A stretch of 64,000 nucleotides of DNA from an uncultured Gammaproteobacteria bacterium (GTDB lineage Bacteria; Pseudomonadota; Gammaproteobacteria; JACCXJ01), in assembly GCA_963764725.1 (NCBI GenBank), contig CAVXTM010000001.1, forward strand, positions 320,001-384,000. The letters run 5' to 3'. The notes beneath the pieces were generated by a model. The model made no database searches, was not told where the DNA came from, and saw nothing but the letters and a program-made list of their open reading frames with translations. Below are positions 55,112-63,052 of the stretch, piece after piece. Position 1 is the first letter of the stretch, and each line of letters opens with the position of its first letter. Made by a program: the position numbers and the translations under genes.

Positions 55112-55510
55112 TCATGACGCGGCCCTACATGCGTACGTTGCCACCGCATTCAGCAGGGTGTCTCGGGTAAAGGGCTTGGTCAGATACTCATCGGCGCCTA
55201 AGAGCTTGGCGCGAGCGCGGTCAAAGACGTTGTCTTTGCTGGTCAGCATGATGACAGGTGTCGCTTTAAATCGGGGATGCTGTTTGACCACGGCGCAGAC
55301 CTGATAGCCGTCGAGTTTCGGCATCATCACATCCACGAAAATGAGATCGGGTTTAAACTCCGGTATCTTGGCGAGTGCATCGAAACCGTCTTCGCCGTAA
55401 ACTACTTCGCAACCCGCCTTGCGGAGGAAGATTTCGGCGCTGCGGCGGATCGTGTTGCTGTCGTCAGCCACCAGCACCTTGACCCCGCACAGGATTTTCT
55501 CAGTGCTCAT
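55112..55510 (-). CDS. pilG: Single-domain response regulator PilG
   Basis: DDSNTIRRSAEIFL, DVMMPKLDGYQ, SKDNVFDRAR. Confidence 0.92.
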   Translation of the reverse strand: MSTEKILCGVKVLVADDSNTIRRSAEIFLRKAGCEVVYGEDGFDALAKIPEFKPDLIFVDVMMPKLDGYQVCAVVKQHPRFKATPVIMLTSKDNVFDRARAKLLGADEYLTKPFTRDTLLNAVATYACRAAS

Positions 55511-55799
55511 TCGCGCCCTCTCATCCCTCGCTCAGATCCCACGTTTGGCACCTTATCGACCGTTGGACTGGTTGCTTTAAGTAGGGCCTGGGCACGGCGC
55601 ACGTCAATGACAGATCTGCGCTCGTTGGCGTTTGCGCGCAGTTACTTTCGCCCCACTCAAGACTCCCCCGATCGCGAGCGCAAGCTCATACAACGATTGA
55701 AGGTTCTTCGGAGACGTGACGGGCTCTACGCCGTCGCTTTCCATGGAACGTCGATAGTTTATAATCGTTGAATAAAATGCGACATAATCGGGTCGAACA

Positions 55800-57251
55800 A
55801 TGTTTCACCTCCCCGTCTATTACCAGGTCAAAGACCGCCCGTGTCTGGTCGTGGGCGGCGGTGAGGTGGCCGCGCGAAAGGCCGAGCTGTTACTTCGGCG
55901 CGCGGCGCGGGTGATCGTCGTCGCGCCGCGGATCAGCTTGCGTTTAAGGAGCTTGTCGGAGACGGCAGCGATTACGCTTATTGCGCGAGAATTCCGGCCG
56001 GACGACCTGCGGGAAGCATGGCTCGCGTTCGCCGCAACCGACGATCCGGAAATCAACGCAACGGTGGCTCGCCACGCGCGGCGCCTCGGAGTTCCGGTGA
56101 ATGTGGCCGATGATCCAGCGTGTTGCACGTTTATCATGCCATCGATCATTGAGCGTGCGCCGGTTCAGATCGCGGTCTCCACGGGCGGCGCCTCCCCGGT
56201 ACTTGCGCGCCTGCTCCGCGCTCGATTGGAAACGCTGATCCCCGCCGCATACGGGCGGCTCGCTGCATTAATGGCTGAGTTTCGTGATCGCGCCCGTTCG
56301 CGTTTCGACGACTCCACCGCGCGCCGGCGGTTTTGGGAACGGATCCTCCAGGGACCCATCGCGGAGATGCTATTCGCTGGACGTGAGCAAGCTGCGATAA
56401 CCGCGTTAGCACGGGAGTTTGATGCGAAACCGCCCGGCCCGAAACTGGTGGGCGAGGTCTACTTAGTGGGCGCCGGCCCGGGCGATCCGGACCTTTTGAC
56501 CTTCCGCGCCCTGCGATTGATGCAGCAAGCCGATGTTGTGCTCTATGACCGGCTTGTAGCCCCGGCCGTGCTTGATCTCGTGCGTAGGGATGCCGAGCGC
56601 ATCTATGTCGGGAAGGAAAGCAGCCGCCGTTCCGTATCGCAGCACGAGATCCACCGCAAGCTAGTCGAGCTCGCCCGCCAGGGCCGGCGAGTACTGAGAC
56701 TCAAGGGTGGCGATCCGTTCATCTTCGGCCGCGGGGGAGAAGAGATCGACACGCTCTCAACGGAGGGCATCCCGTTTCAGGTGGTGCCCGGTATCACGGC
56801 GGCCGCCGGCTGCGCGTGCTACGCTGGCATCCCCTTGACACACCGGGATTACGCTCAGTCCTGTGTATTCGTCGCAGGGCACCTCAAGGAAGGCTCCTTG
56901 GACCTCAACTGGGATGCCTTGGTGCAACCACGGCAAACGATCGCCATCTATATGGGCCGGCAAGGGCTCGGCCTTCTTTGCCAGGGATTGCTATCGCACG
57001 GCATGGCTGCCGACACTCCCGTCGCGCTGATCCAGCAAGGCACCACCCCGTTGCAGCGGGTAATCATCGGAAACTTAAACAGCGTGCCGTCTCATGCCCA
57101 AAATGAGAATATACGCGCGCCTCTCATGGTCATCGTCGGCGAAGTCGTGCGGTTACACGAGAAGCTCGCGTGGTTTGATCCGCTCGGCCGTTCCGCCGAG
57201 ACTGGTTCGACGGGGACAGTGGATTGCACCAGCATCATCGAAAAGGTTTAG
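55800..57251 (+). CDS. cysG: Siroheme synthase
   Basis: VGGGEVAARK, STGGASP, VGAGPGDPDLLT, RLKGGDPFIFGRG. Confidence 0.96.
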   Translation: MFHLPVYYQVKDRPCLVVGGGEVAARKAELLLRRAARVIVVAPRISLRLRSLSETAAITLIAREFRPDDLREAWLAFAATDDPEINATVARHARRLGVPVNVADDPACCTFIMPSIIERAPVQIAVSTGGASPVLARLLRARLETLIPAAYGRLAALMAEFRDRARSRFDDSTARRRFWERILQGPIAEMLFAGREQAAITALAREFDAKPPGPKLVGEVYLVGAGPGDPDLLTFRALRLMQQADVVLYDRLVAPAVLDLVRRDAERIYVGKESSRRSVSQHEIHRKLVELARQGRRVLRLKGGDPFIFGRGGEEIDTLSTEGIPFQVVPGITAAAGCACYAGIPLTHRDYAQSCVFVAGHLKEGSLDLNWDALVQPRQTIAIYMGRQGLGLLCQGLLSHGMAADTPVALIQQGTTPLQRVIIGNLNSVPSHAQNENIRAPLMVIVGEVVRLHEKLAWFDPLGRSAETGSTGTVDCTSIIEKV

Positions 57252-57378
57252 CGTTGTTTGCCGATAACGGGTAACGAACATGGGGTGCGATTTGGTAGCT
57301 GTATAAACGCCATGTTGCGCACTGCTTGCGAAGGTAGTTTTCAAGGAATCTAACGATCAGGGGTTACCGAGGTTCCGT

Positions 57379-58401
57379 ATGCATAGAATTGCCAAACGTT
57401 GCCGCTTCGGGCCGGTGCGTGCCGGAGAATTGGCGCGCCTTCCATTGATTGTGGCGCTGATGGTAGTCGGGATAACGATCGCCCCGCCGCTGCAAGCCCA
57501 CCCACCTTACGCCTCGATCGTCGTCGATGCGCGCTCCGGTGCGGTAATACACGAATTCAATGCCGATCACCGCAGACAACCGGCTTCACTCACGAAGATG
57601 ATGACGCTGTATCTGGTCTTCGAAGCGCTCGAGCAGCAACAACTACGGCTCGATCAGCAACTGCGGGTCTCGGCCCACGCGTCTCGGATGCAGGCGACCC
57701 GGCTAGGCCTACGCCGCGGCCAAATGATTCGCGTCGGCGATGCCATCCTTGCCTTGATTACGCATTCGGCAAATGACGCAGCGGTGGTGCTCGCGGAAAC
57801 CCTTGGCGCCACCGAATCCAATTTCGCTCGTTTGATGACCCTGAAGGCCCGCTACCTCGGCATGCCCAACACTAGCTTTTACAACGCCTCCGGGTTGCCC
57901 GACCGCCGCCAGTACAGTTGCGCCCGCGATATGGTAACGCTAGGCCTGGCGTTATTGAACGACTTCCCGCGGCACTATCCACTGTTCGCGACGAAGCACT
58001 TCCGTTATAAAGGCCGCTCTTACCGTAACCACAACCACCTTCTCGGTGGATACACCGGGAGCGATGGCATTAAGACCGGGTATGTGCGCGCTTCGGGATT
58101 CAACCTGGTGGCCTCGGCCAGGCGCGGCGATCGCCGGTTGCTCGCGGCCGTATTGGGCGGCCAAAGCGCGCGTTCTCGCGACCGCCGAATGGTGGAATTG
58201 CTCGACGCCGGTTTCACGAGCTTGGCCGGCGTAGAAAAGATGGCATCGCTTGCCGGTCCACCGGCGCTCGCGGCGGCTCCAAAAAAGCGCGGCCGGTATC
58301 GGGCGCATGCGGTGCGCGAGCGATTGATCCCGGCAACTACGGCGTCCGCTAAGCAAGTTGAGCCGGCGCTGCCAAACGAGGCAAATGTTCTGGGGAGGTA
58401 G
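57379..58401 (+). CDS. D-alanyl-D-alanine carboxypeptidase (peptidase S11)
   Basis: PASLTKMMT (SxxK), SAND, IKTGY. Confidence 0.92.
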   Translation: MHRIAKRCRFGPVRAGELARLPLIVALMVVGITIAPPLQAHPPYASIVVDARSGAVIHEFNADHRRQPASLTKMMTLYLVFEALEQQQLRLDQQLRVSAHASRMQATRLGLRRGQMIRVGDAILALITHSANDAAVVLAETLGATESNFARLMTLKARYLGMPNTSFYNASGLPDRRQYSCARDMVTLGLALLNDFPRHYPLFATKHFRYKGRSYRNHNHLLGGYTGSDGIKTGYVRASGFNLVASARRGDRRLLAAVLGGQSARSRDRRMVELLDAGFTSLAGVEKMASLAGPPALAAAPKKRGRYRAHAVRERLIPATTASAKQVEPALPNEANVLGR

Positions 58402-58451
58402 CCGAATTGAACCTGCTCGATGGCAGCGCTCTCACGTTGTCAGGTCAACTC

Positions 58452-58589
58452 TCAACCAAGCAGCACCTTCGCCTTCTCCAAAGTCTTAAAGATCCCCCAG
58501 AGTAGGGGTATACCGACCAAGGTCCACGCGATGGCGACCAATAGCCAACTCAGTGGGCTCGGGTGTTCGTGGTTTCCGGTTTCGTTCAT
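58452..58589 (-). CDS. 45-aa single-TM protein, probable small partner of the OFA-family MFS
   Basis: Manual translation MNETGNHEHPSPLSWLLVAIAWTLVGIPLLWGIFKTLEKAKVLLG. Starts 12 nt after the MFS stop and is below the ORF-track cutoff. Confidence 0.8.
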   Translation of the reverse strand: MNETGNHEHPSPLSWLLVAIAWTLVGIPLLWGIFKTLEKAKVLLG

Positions 58590-58601
58590 AAGCACTCGCG
58601 A

Positions 58602-60125
58602 TTAGTTTCTGTTTTCCAACCCACCCTCGTGCGCAATACGGCGCTCGGTGGCTAATTCTTCGTCGCTCATGTAGTACTTCGGAGCCACAGGCCGCATCGC
58701 GAGGTTACAGAAAAACCCCATTACGAGTAAACCCGCCAAGACATACATCGTGGTGTTGTAGGCTTGCGCCACGGGTACCCCAAGCCCCACCTGGTATTCG
58801 CGCAGGTAGTTCACGAGGACCGGTCCTAGTACTCCCGCCGTTGACCAGGCCGTTAACAAGCGGCCGTGGATGGCGCCGACGAATTGCGTGCCGAATATAT
58901 CGGCCAGATAGGCCGGTATTGTGGCAAAGCCGCCGCCGTACATCGTCAGAATCAAGCAAAAGAGCCCGACAAACAGCGCGACGTTTTTGATCTCCCCGGC
59001 GAAAGGCGCCGATGCATACAGCGCCGCGCCCAAGGAAAAGAATAGGAAATAGGTACCCTTGCGCCCGATGTAATCGGATAGGGACGCCCAACCGATGCGG
59101 CCGGCGATATTAAAGAGACTCAGGAGACCGGTGAACGCCGCCGCAATTGTCGCAACCTGTGCGGCCTGCTCGACGGTCAGGTCCTTGAGCGGCATGTCCA
59201 ATCCGATGAGCTTACCGCCGAATACCTCTTGGAGCATGGGCGAGGCCACGCCGATCACGCCGATACCCGCGCTCACGTTCAGACACAGCACACCCCATAG
59301 GAGCCAAAAATGAGGCGTTTTATGCGCCATGTTGAGGTGCACATGTGCGGACGTGATCATGCGCTTGCGCTTAGGGTTCGGCTGCCAGCCCGACGGCGCC
59401 CATCCTAGCGGTGGCACGCGGTACCCGAAGGCCCCTCCCATCATGGCGACAAAATAAATCGCGCTCAAGGTTACGAAGGTTTCCCATACACCGACCGAAT
59501 CGGGCCCCGCGTAATACTTCATCAGTAGATCGGCGAGCGGCGCGCCGATCATCGCCCCGCCTCCGAAGCCCATGATCGCCATGCCCGTGGCCATGCCGCG
59601 GCGGTCCGGAAACCATTTGATCAACGTCGACACCGGCGAGATGTATCCCAGGCCCAAGCCGATCCCGCCGATCACCCCCGATCCGAGCCACAACAACCAG
59701 ATGTGATGCCAGTACACTCCTGCCGCGGAGATCAGGAACCCTCCGGCCCAGCAACAGGCCGCGTAGACGCCGGCCTTGCGCGGGCCTTCGCGTTCCAGCC
59801 AATGCCCGAAAACCGCGGCCGATGATCCAAGGAACACGAAAAACAGCGTATAGAGCCAACCGAGGGCGCTGCGTTGCCAATCGCAAGGCCCCGAGTCGTT
59901 GTAGCCCAGAATTCCACGCCAGGAGTCTATGACCCCATCGGCCGTATCCGTGTCACAGGGGACCGACTCGCTGATACCGACCGCATGTTCGAGCGGGATC
60001 CAGAACACGCTGAACCCATAGGCCATCCCGATGGACAGGTGGATCGCCAATGCGGCGGGCGGCACCAGCCAGCGATTGAAGTTCGGACGCGCAATAGTTC
60101 GTTGCTTGGATAACCAGTTTGCCAT
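58602..60125 (-). CDS. OFA (oxalate/formate antiporter) family MFS transporter
   Basis: FNRWLVPPAALAIHL, KWFPDRRG, AIHGRLLTAWS. Real start is ATG 60125. Confidence 0.9.
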   Translation of the reverse strand: MANWLSKQRTIARPNFNRWLVPPAALAIHLSIGMAYGFSVFWIPLEHAVGISESVPCDTDTADGVIDSWRGILGYNDSGPCDWQRSALGWLYTLFFVFLGSSAAVFGHWLEREGPRKAGVYAACCWAGGFLISAAGVYWHHIWLLWLGSGVIGGIGLGLGYISPVSTLIKWFPDRRGMATGMAIMGFGGGAMIGAPLADLLMKYYAGPDSVGVWETFVTLSAIYFVAMMGGAFGYRVPPLGWAPSGWQPNPKRKRMITSAHVHLNMAHKTPHFWLLWGVLCLNVSAGIGVIGVASPMLQEVFGGKLIGLDMPLKDLTVEQAAQVATIAAAFTGLLSLFNIAGRIGWASLSDYIGRKGTYFLFFSLGAALYASAPFAGEIKNVALFVGLFCLILTMYGGGFATIPAYLADIFGTQFVGAIHGRLLTAWSTAGVLGPVLVNYLREYQVGLGVPVAQAYNTTMYVLAGLLVMGFFCNLAMRPVAPKYYMSDEELATERRIAHEGGLENRN

Positions 60126-60181
60126 TTTGCCTAGCTTATGTTTGATGTTGTCGCTGCGATGATAGCGGCAGATGATCAGAA

Positions 60182-60490
60182 TTAGAACGTATGCGCGTTC
60201 CATGCGAAATGCACCCCTATGCTCGCGGCATACCCGAGCGCCACGGCCCACGCCCACTTGAGATGGGCAAGGAACGTATAGACTTCGCGCGCCTGTCCCA
60301 ATAAGCGTCACACCCGCCGCTGAACCGATCGACAATAACGGCCCGCCCACCACGGCGGTTAATGTGACGAGCAGCCACTGACCGAGCGACATCTCGGGTT
60401 CATCGTTAAGACCGCAAACATGACCGGAATATTGTCGATCACTGCGGAGGCCACCGATGCACAACATCACGCCGTAAAAAAATATCGTGA
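60182..60490 (-). pseudogene. nhaD: 3' remnant of Na+/H+ antiporter NhaD
   Basis: Frame-switching fragments FFYGVMLCIGGL / AVIDNIPVMFAVLTMNP / EMSLGQWLLVTLTAVVGGPLLSIGSAAGV / GQAREVYTFLAHLKWAWAVALGYAASI, ending at TAA 60182-60184. Confidence 0.85.
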
Positions 60491-60632
60491 CGATTAGCCT
60501 ATCGTTGCATTGCAGCGGTATGTAGTGCATAGTTCAAGGTATGTCTTAGATCCCTGATCTCGCGTCATTGACGCATGAGCAGAACGACGGGCTGATTCTG
60601 GCTCTCTATCACCGCCTAGCGCTGTAGCAATT

Positions 60633-61130
60633 ATGTTCCATCTCGCAATCGCCGCGCTGCTGCTGTACCTGTTCTGGATCCTGCTGTCGGGGTTCTTCAC
60701 GCCGTTCCTGCTCGGCGCGGGCGCGGCGGCAAGCGTTTTCGTCCTCTGGTTGGCGCACCGGATGGAGGTGGTGGACCGGGAGGGGCATCCGTATCACCTG
60801 AGCTGGGCGGCGGTGACTTACTGGCCGTGGCTCGTCAAGGAGATCCTGAAGTCAGCAATCGACGTGTCGCGCCGGATTCTCGACCCGAAGCTGCCGGTCA
60901 GCCCGACGGTGGTGCGCTTCGCCCCGCGTCAGAGGACGGTGGTGGGACTGGTGACGCACGCGAACTCGATCACGTTGACGCCCGGCACGCTTTCGGTCGA
61001 GGTCTCGCCGGATCGCTTCACGGTGCACGGGCTTTCGCGCGAGGACGCCGAGGCCTGCATCGACAGCGAGATGGACCGGCGCGTGGAGAGATTCGAAGGT
61101 AACGCGCAGGGCGCCGGGGGCCGCCCCTGA
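60633..61130 (+). CDS. mrpE: Mrp Na+/H+ antiporter subunit E
   Basis: FWILLSG, ANSITLTPGTL. Confidence 0.93.
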   Translation: MFHLAIAALLLYLFWILLSGFFTPFLLGAGAAASVFVLWLAHRMEVVDREGHPYHLSWAAVTYWPWLVKEILKSAIDVSRRILDPKLPVSPTVVRFAPRQRTVVGLVTHANSITLTPGTLSVEVSPDRFTVHGLSREDAEACIDSEMDRRVERFEGNAQGAGGRP

Positions 61131-61411
61131 TGTTCGCGGCAGTGGCACTGGCGCTGCTCGCCGCGCTCGGCCTCGCGCTCGTACGCGCGCTCGCCGGTCC
61201 CACGGTATTCGACCGCGCGCTGGCCGCGAACTCGATCGGCACGCTCGCCACGATGATGCTGGCGGTGCTGGGTTTCCTCACCGGCCGACCGGAGTTCCTC
61301 GACCTCGCGATCCTTTACGGGTTGCTGAACATTATCGGCACGATCGCGATGCTGAAGTTCTTCCGCTACGGCGATCTCGGCGACCCAGGCGAGCCGGAGG
61401 TGAAACGGTGA
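61130..61411 (+). CDS. mrpF: Mrp subunit F
   Basis: GPTVFDRALA, LDLAILY, three TMs. Confidence 0.93.
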   Translation: MFAAVALALLAALGLALVRALAGPTVFDRALAANSIGTLATMMLAVLGFLTGRPEFLDLAILYGLLNIIGTIAMLKFFRYGDLGDPGEPEVKR

Positions 61412-61731
61412 GCATGGCGCTCGACGTCCTGTCCTGGGCAGTGCTCGTCGCGGGCGGCGCCTTTTGCGTCATCGGCGGCCTGGGCCTGGTGCGCCTGCGC
61501 GGTTTTTTCCCACGCACGCATGCCGCGAGCGTCATCGATTCGGCGGGCGCCGGACTGATCCTCGCGGGCCTTCTGCTGCAGGCTGGCTGGACCCTGGTGG
61601 CGGTCAAGCTCGTCGTCATCGGCCTGCTCATCTTTTTCGCCTCGCCCACGGCGACGCACGCACTCGCCAACGCGGCGCTGGCGCGAGGCCTGAAGCTCGA
61701 AGAGCACGGGGAGGCACCATCGAGGCCCTGA
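61408..61731 (+). CDS. mrpG: Mrp subunit G
   Basis: RTHAAS, SPTATHALANAA. Confidence 0.92.
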   Translation: MSMALDVLSWAVLVAGGAFCVIGGLGLVRLRGFFPRTHAASVIDSAGAGLILAGLLLQAGWTLVAVKLVVIGLLIFFASPTATHALANAALARGLKLEEHGEAPSRP

Positions 61732-62261
61732 TCATCCAGGCGCTGCTCACCATGATGGCTGTGACGGTGATCGCCATCATCCTGCAGCGGAACCTCTTCT
61801 CGGTGGTGGTCCTCGCCAGCGTCTACAGCTTCCTCATGGCCACGGTGCTGGTGGCGCTCGATGCGGTGGACGTCGCCATGACGGAGGCCTCGGTCGGCGC
61901 GGGCATCTCCACGGTGCTCCTCCTCGGCGCGCTGTACCTGTGCGGTGGCGAGGAAGCCAAACCGATGGCCCGGCCCTGGCTGCCGCTCGCGGTGACGCTG
62001 GTGATCCTGGCCACCCTAGTCTACGGCACACTCGGCCTGCCGGCATTCTCCGATCCGCTGGCGCCCATCCATACGCACGTCGTGCCGCGCTACCTGTTGC
62101 AGGGACCGGTGGAAACGGGCGTGCCGAATGTCGTTACGGCCGTGCTCGCCAGCTACCGCGGTTACGACACGCTCGGCGAGACCGTGGTGGTGTTCACCGC
62201 AGGGATCGGCGTCATCGCGTTGCTGCGGCGCGTGCGCTGCGGCAACGGGGACAAGACGTGA
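61719..62261 (+). CDS. Mrp subunit B-like (DUF4040 plus MnhB N-terminal region)
   Basis: DAVDVAMTEASVGAGIST, NVVTAVLASYRGYDTLGE. Start is ATC 61719 or ATG 61752. Confidence 0.88.
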   Translation: MEALIIQALLTMMAVTVIAIILQRNLFSVVVLASVYSFLMATVLVALDAVDVAMTEASVGAGISTVLLLGALYLCGGEEAKPMARPWLPLAVTLVILATLVYGTLGLPAFSDPLAPIHTHVVPRYLLQGPVETGVPNVVTAVLASYRGYDTLGETVVVFTAGIGVIALLRRVRCGNGDKT

Positions 62262-62680
62262 AGCGCGAGCTGGTGCTGCGCGCGGTCGGGAAGCTCCTCA
62301 TCCCGTACATGCTCGTGTTCGCGCTGTACGTGCAGTTCCACGGCGACTTCGGGCCCGGCGGCGGCTTCCAGGCCGGCGTCATCGCCGCGGCCTCGATCAT
62401 CTTCTACGCGCTGATCTTCGGCCTGCGCGCGGCGCGACGCCTGGTGCCGGACGCCGTGGTGGAAACGATGGTCGCGCTGGGCGCGCTCCTCTACCTGGCC
62501 GTCGGCTTCGCCGGCCTCGCGCTGGGAGGCAATTACCTCGACTACTTCGTCCTCGACCGCGACCCGGTCGCCGGCCAACACCGCGGCATCTTCTGGGTCG
62601 AGTTCGGCGTGCTGATCACGGTGACCGGCGTGATGTTGAAGATTTTCTACGTGTTCGCCGGGCGCCGCCGCGAAAACTGA
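62258..62680 (+). CDS. mrpB: Mrp subunit B (MnhB domain)
   Basis: HGDFGPGGGFQAG. GTG start overlaps the upstream stop. Confidence 0.92.
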   Translation: MKRELVLRAVGKLLIPYMLVFALYVQFHGDFGPGGGFQAGVIAAASIIFYALIFGLRAARRLVPDAVVETMVALGALLYLAVGFAGLALGGNYLDYFVLDRDPVAGQHRGIFWVEFGVLITVTGVMLKIFYVFAGRRREN

Positions 62681-62683
62681 ACC

Positions 62684-63052
62684 ATGTCGGCGTTCGCGAG
62701 CCACTACACCTACTGGATCACCGTGCTGCTGATGGCCGCGGGGCTGTACATCATGATCGCGCGCGGTAACCTGGTAAAGAAGCTGATCGGACTGTCCATT
62801 TTCCAGACCTCGGTGTACCTGCTGTACATCGCGCCAGGGAAGCTCATCGGAGGCACCGCGCCTATCGTGTCGGGGGCGTTCAAGATCTATTCCAGCCCAC
62901 TGCCGCACGTGCTGATCCTCACGGCCATCGTGGTCGGCATCGCCACGCTGGCGCTCGGCCTGGCCATCGTGGTGCGCGTGCGCGAAGCCTACGGCAGCAT
63001 CGAGGAGGACGAGATCGTCGCAGCGGACGCGGGGCGCGGGGAAGGAGACTGA
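62684..63052 (+). CDS. mrpC: Mrp subunit C
   Basis: NLVKKLIGL, PLPHVLILTAIVVG. Confidence 0.94.
   Translation: MSAFASHYTYWITVLLMAAGLYIMIARGNLVKKLIGLSIFQTSVYLLYIAPGKLIGGTAPIVSGAFKIYSSPLPHVLILTAIVVGIATLALGLAIVVRVREAYGSIEEDEIVAADAGRGEGD

Noticed and set aside
55511-55799. Spacer between pilG and cysG
   Set aside because: Consistent with divergent promoters. No convincing repeat, hairpin or ORF was found.
58602-60530. 642-aa ORF suggesting an NhaD-MFS fusion
   Set aside because: The NhaD similarity jumps between frames and has its own stop at 60182-60184. The MFS starts at 60125, so the open frame upstream is incidental.
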